Source: Phycisphaerales bacterium (GTDB lineage Bacteria; Planctomycetota; Phycisphaerae; Phycisphaerales; SM1A02). From it: a DNA stretch of 64,000 bases. This document shows positions 62,804-64,000 of the stretch, piece after piece. The stretch is from assembly GCA_029247205.1 (NCBI GenBank), contig JAQWLT010000040.1:546-64545 (forward strand). The letters run 5' to 3'. A program made the translations under genes and the position numbers. The number at the start of each line of letters is the position of its first letter. Positions within the stretch are counted from its first letter, which is position 1. The notes under the pieces are model-generated. The model worked only from the letters and a program-made list of their open reading frames with translations. It was not told where the DNA came from and did no database searches.

Positions 62804-64000
62804 TACAGGGTCCCCATACTCCAATAAGGATCAAAAGATCATTGACGTCGGTATCGCCGTCGCCAACACAATCGCCGCCACCATGTGTCTGATACGCGGC
62901 AAGCAAGGTAAGCAAGTCATCGACGCTCACCACCCCATTGCCATCAAGATCGCCAGCGCAATCAGCAGCACATTCGTCGGCCACGGTGTTGCCGCCATTG
63001 TCGGTGTAGTCGCCGCTGATCTGCGTAGTGTTGCCCTTGTAACCAACATTACCGCACACTGTGGTGCCGGCAATGGTTGCGGTTGCATCATCAAGAATGC
63101 CCACGCCGCCGATTGCGCCACCAATGTTGTTTTTAACGGTGCAACTCGTGATCGTCGTGTGACCGTGGTAAAGGGTAATGCCGCCAACGGCATACCCCGG
63201 AGAGGCGCCGTAGTTGTCTTCGATCACGCAGTCAATGAGGGACACTTCGGAACTCGCGTCATTGCCCATTTGATCGATGACCGTTATACCGCCGCCAAAT
63301 GTCCCATTATTGCCAATCACACTACACGCATTGAGTGTGGCAACGCAGCTAGACAACACCACCCCGCCGTAGTAACCGGAACTGTTTTCGATGATGCAAT
63401 TCGTTAGCAACACGCTGCAGTTCCCCACGCCGAGTGAACAACCAACGATGTGTATATTTTCAATGACGGTCTGTCCCGTAGGGTTGCTCACATAGATGCC
63501 GTTTGCACCGCTAAGTTGCCCATCTAGAATCACTGCGGGAGTGCCATCAACGTTGGTTTCGCCGATGATGGAAAGTGACATTCCGTTTGCGATCTCAAGT
63601 CCGTTGCCTTCGAGCAAGTACGTCCCCGCAGCAATGGCGATGGTGTTGCCATCATCCGCATTCTGGAGCGCAATTAGAATGGTCGCGTATTCATCTGGCA
63701 CGTGGAGGATGCCGTCGGCGTCGCTTTGGCAACCGTCTGGAAGGCCATCGCCGTCATCATCCACGCAAGTGAGCGCTGCGCACGAGTTGGCATCCAGTGC
63801 GACCGACCCTGCAATCTGGCTGGGTACATTGCCGCAGATGATCGAGTTGACCACCGTCGTCTGACCGGGCCAAGTCGCATGACGAATGCCGCCGACGCCG
63901 TCGCTGGCCGTGTTTTCAGTGACGAGGCAGTCGACCAATGACGGCTGGGCGCCATCATTGTATCCATTGCTTTTGCTGAACATCCCGCCTCCGTCTTGGG
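62796..64000 (-). CDS. right-handed parallel beta-helix repeat protein with a C-terminal dockerin-like module (N-terminus beyond the window end)
   Basis: The frame stays open upstream of the track's ATG (63983) to base 64000 (..QDGGGMFSK..), so the gene is probably partial. Repeated about 22-25-aa units rich in G/N/T/I ('IIGNNGTFGGGITVID', 'IEDNYGASPGYAVGGITLY', 'VKNNIGGAIGGVGILD') are typical of PbH1/pectate-lyase-like helices. Ends 'GDLDGNGVVSVDDLLTLLAAYQTHGGGDCVGDGDTDVNDLLILIGVWGPCNA'. Confidence 0.7.
   Translation of the reverse strand, partial: QDGGGMFSKSNGYNDGAQPSLVDCLVTENTASDGVGGIRHATWPGQTTVVNSIICGNVPSQIAGSVALDANSCAALTCVDDDGDGLPDGCQSDADGILHVPDEYATILIALQNADDGNTIAIAAGTYLLEGNGLEIANGMSLSIIGETNVDGTPAVILDGQLSGANGIYVSNPTGQTVIENIHIVGCSLGVGNCSVLLTNCIIENSSGYYGGVVLSSCVATLNACSVIGNNGTFGGGITVIDQMGNDASSEVSLIDCVIEDNYGASPGYAVGGITLYHGHTTITSCTVKNNIGGAIGGVGILDDATATIAGTTVCGNVGYKGNTTQISGDYTDNGGNTVADECAADCAGDLDGNGVVSVDDLLTLLAAYQTHGGGDCVGDGDTDVNDLLILIGVWGPCNA
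62877..62900. repeat. 24-nt exact repeat copy B (GCCACCATGTGTCTGATACGCGGC), dockerin-coding
   Basis: Identical to 61063-61086. Lies in the 3' end of the beta-helix gene. Confidence 0.9.

Noticed and set aside
1-64000. Search by eye for CRISPR arrays, rRNA/tRNA genes, transposases, integrases, reverse transcriptases, toxin-antitoxin pairs and known defence-system genes
   Set aside because: Every ORF of 100 aa or more that I accept has a housekeeping or envelope/exoprotein identity. Intergenic gaps are short (mostly under 120 nt). The five larger gaps (631-1112, 16085-16416, 55573-55859, 59478-59792, 60708-60975) show no spaced direct repeats or cloverleaf-capable sequence.

Overview
Dense, mostly housekeeping chromosomal window: about 50 protein genes on both strands, with many 1-8 nt start/stop overlaps (ATGA/GTGA type) that suggest long translationally coupled operons. 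I recognised no rRNA, tRNA, CRISPR array, transposase, integrase, reverse transcriptase or phage gene. The gene content suggests a high-GC Planctomycetota-like organism: a DUF1559 prepilin-like protein, a GldA/GldF-GldG/DUF4340 ABC cluster, an HPF-PtsN-HPr cluster and dockerin-tagged exoproteins. The presence of mreBCD hints at a Phycisphaerae-like lineage. This taxonomy is inference only. Core genes recognised: putA, prmC, ribD, fusA, rnhB-like, two ggt paralogs, mnmA, fbaB, a P1B-type ATPase, gpsA, ptsH, ptsN, hpf, purN, dxs, ispA, ispG, topA, miaA, pgk, rpe, accD, lnt, mreBCD and polA. The supplied track renders GTG/TTG starts as M and always takes the longest ORF, so I re-trimmed several N-termini (mnmA, miaA, gpsA, pgk, rpe, accD, lnt, mreC and others). 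I also added three coding features absent from the track: a partial methyltransferase at the left edge, a 59-aa membrane micro-ORF, and an out-of-frame dockerin cassette. Four regions deserve a second look. (1) 57.3-64.0 kb is an accessory block: a GH16 glucanase, a degenerate LytM/M23 protein and a beta-helix protein all end in the same dockerin-like module, and an orphan frame-shifted copy of that module and an AT-richer islet lie between them. (2) At 33.4-35.3 kb an ExbB/MotA-type channel gene is translationally coupled to a TraB/GumN-family protein that carries a nested T2SS pseudopilin (GspG-like) globular domain, with no ExbD/TonB gene nearby. (3) An MreC-like coiled-coil protein and a micro-ORF sit directly upstream of mreBCD. 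(4) A squalene-cyclase-repeat protein lies inside the ispA-dxs operon. All functional calls come from motif recognition by eye. No database search was run.
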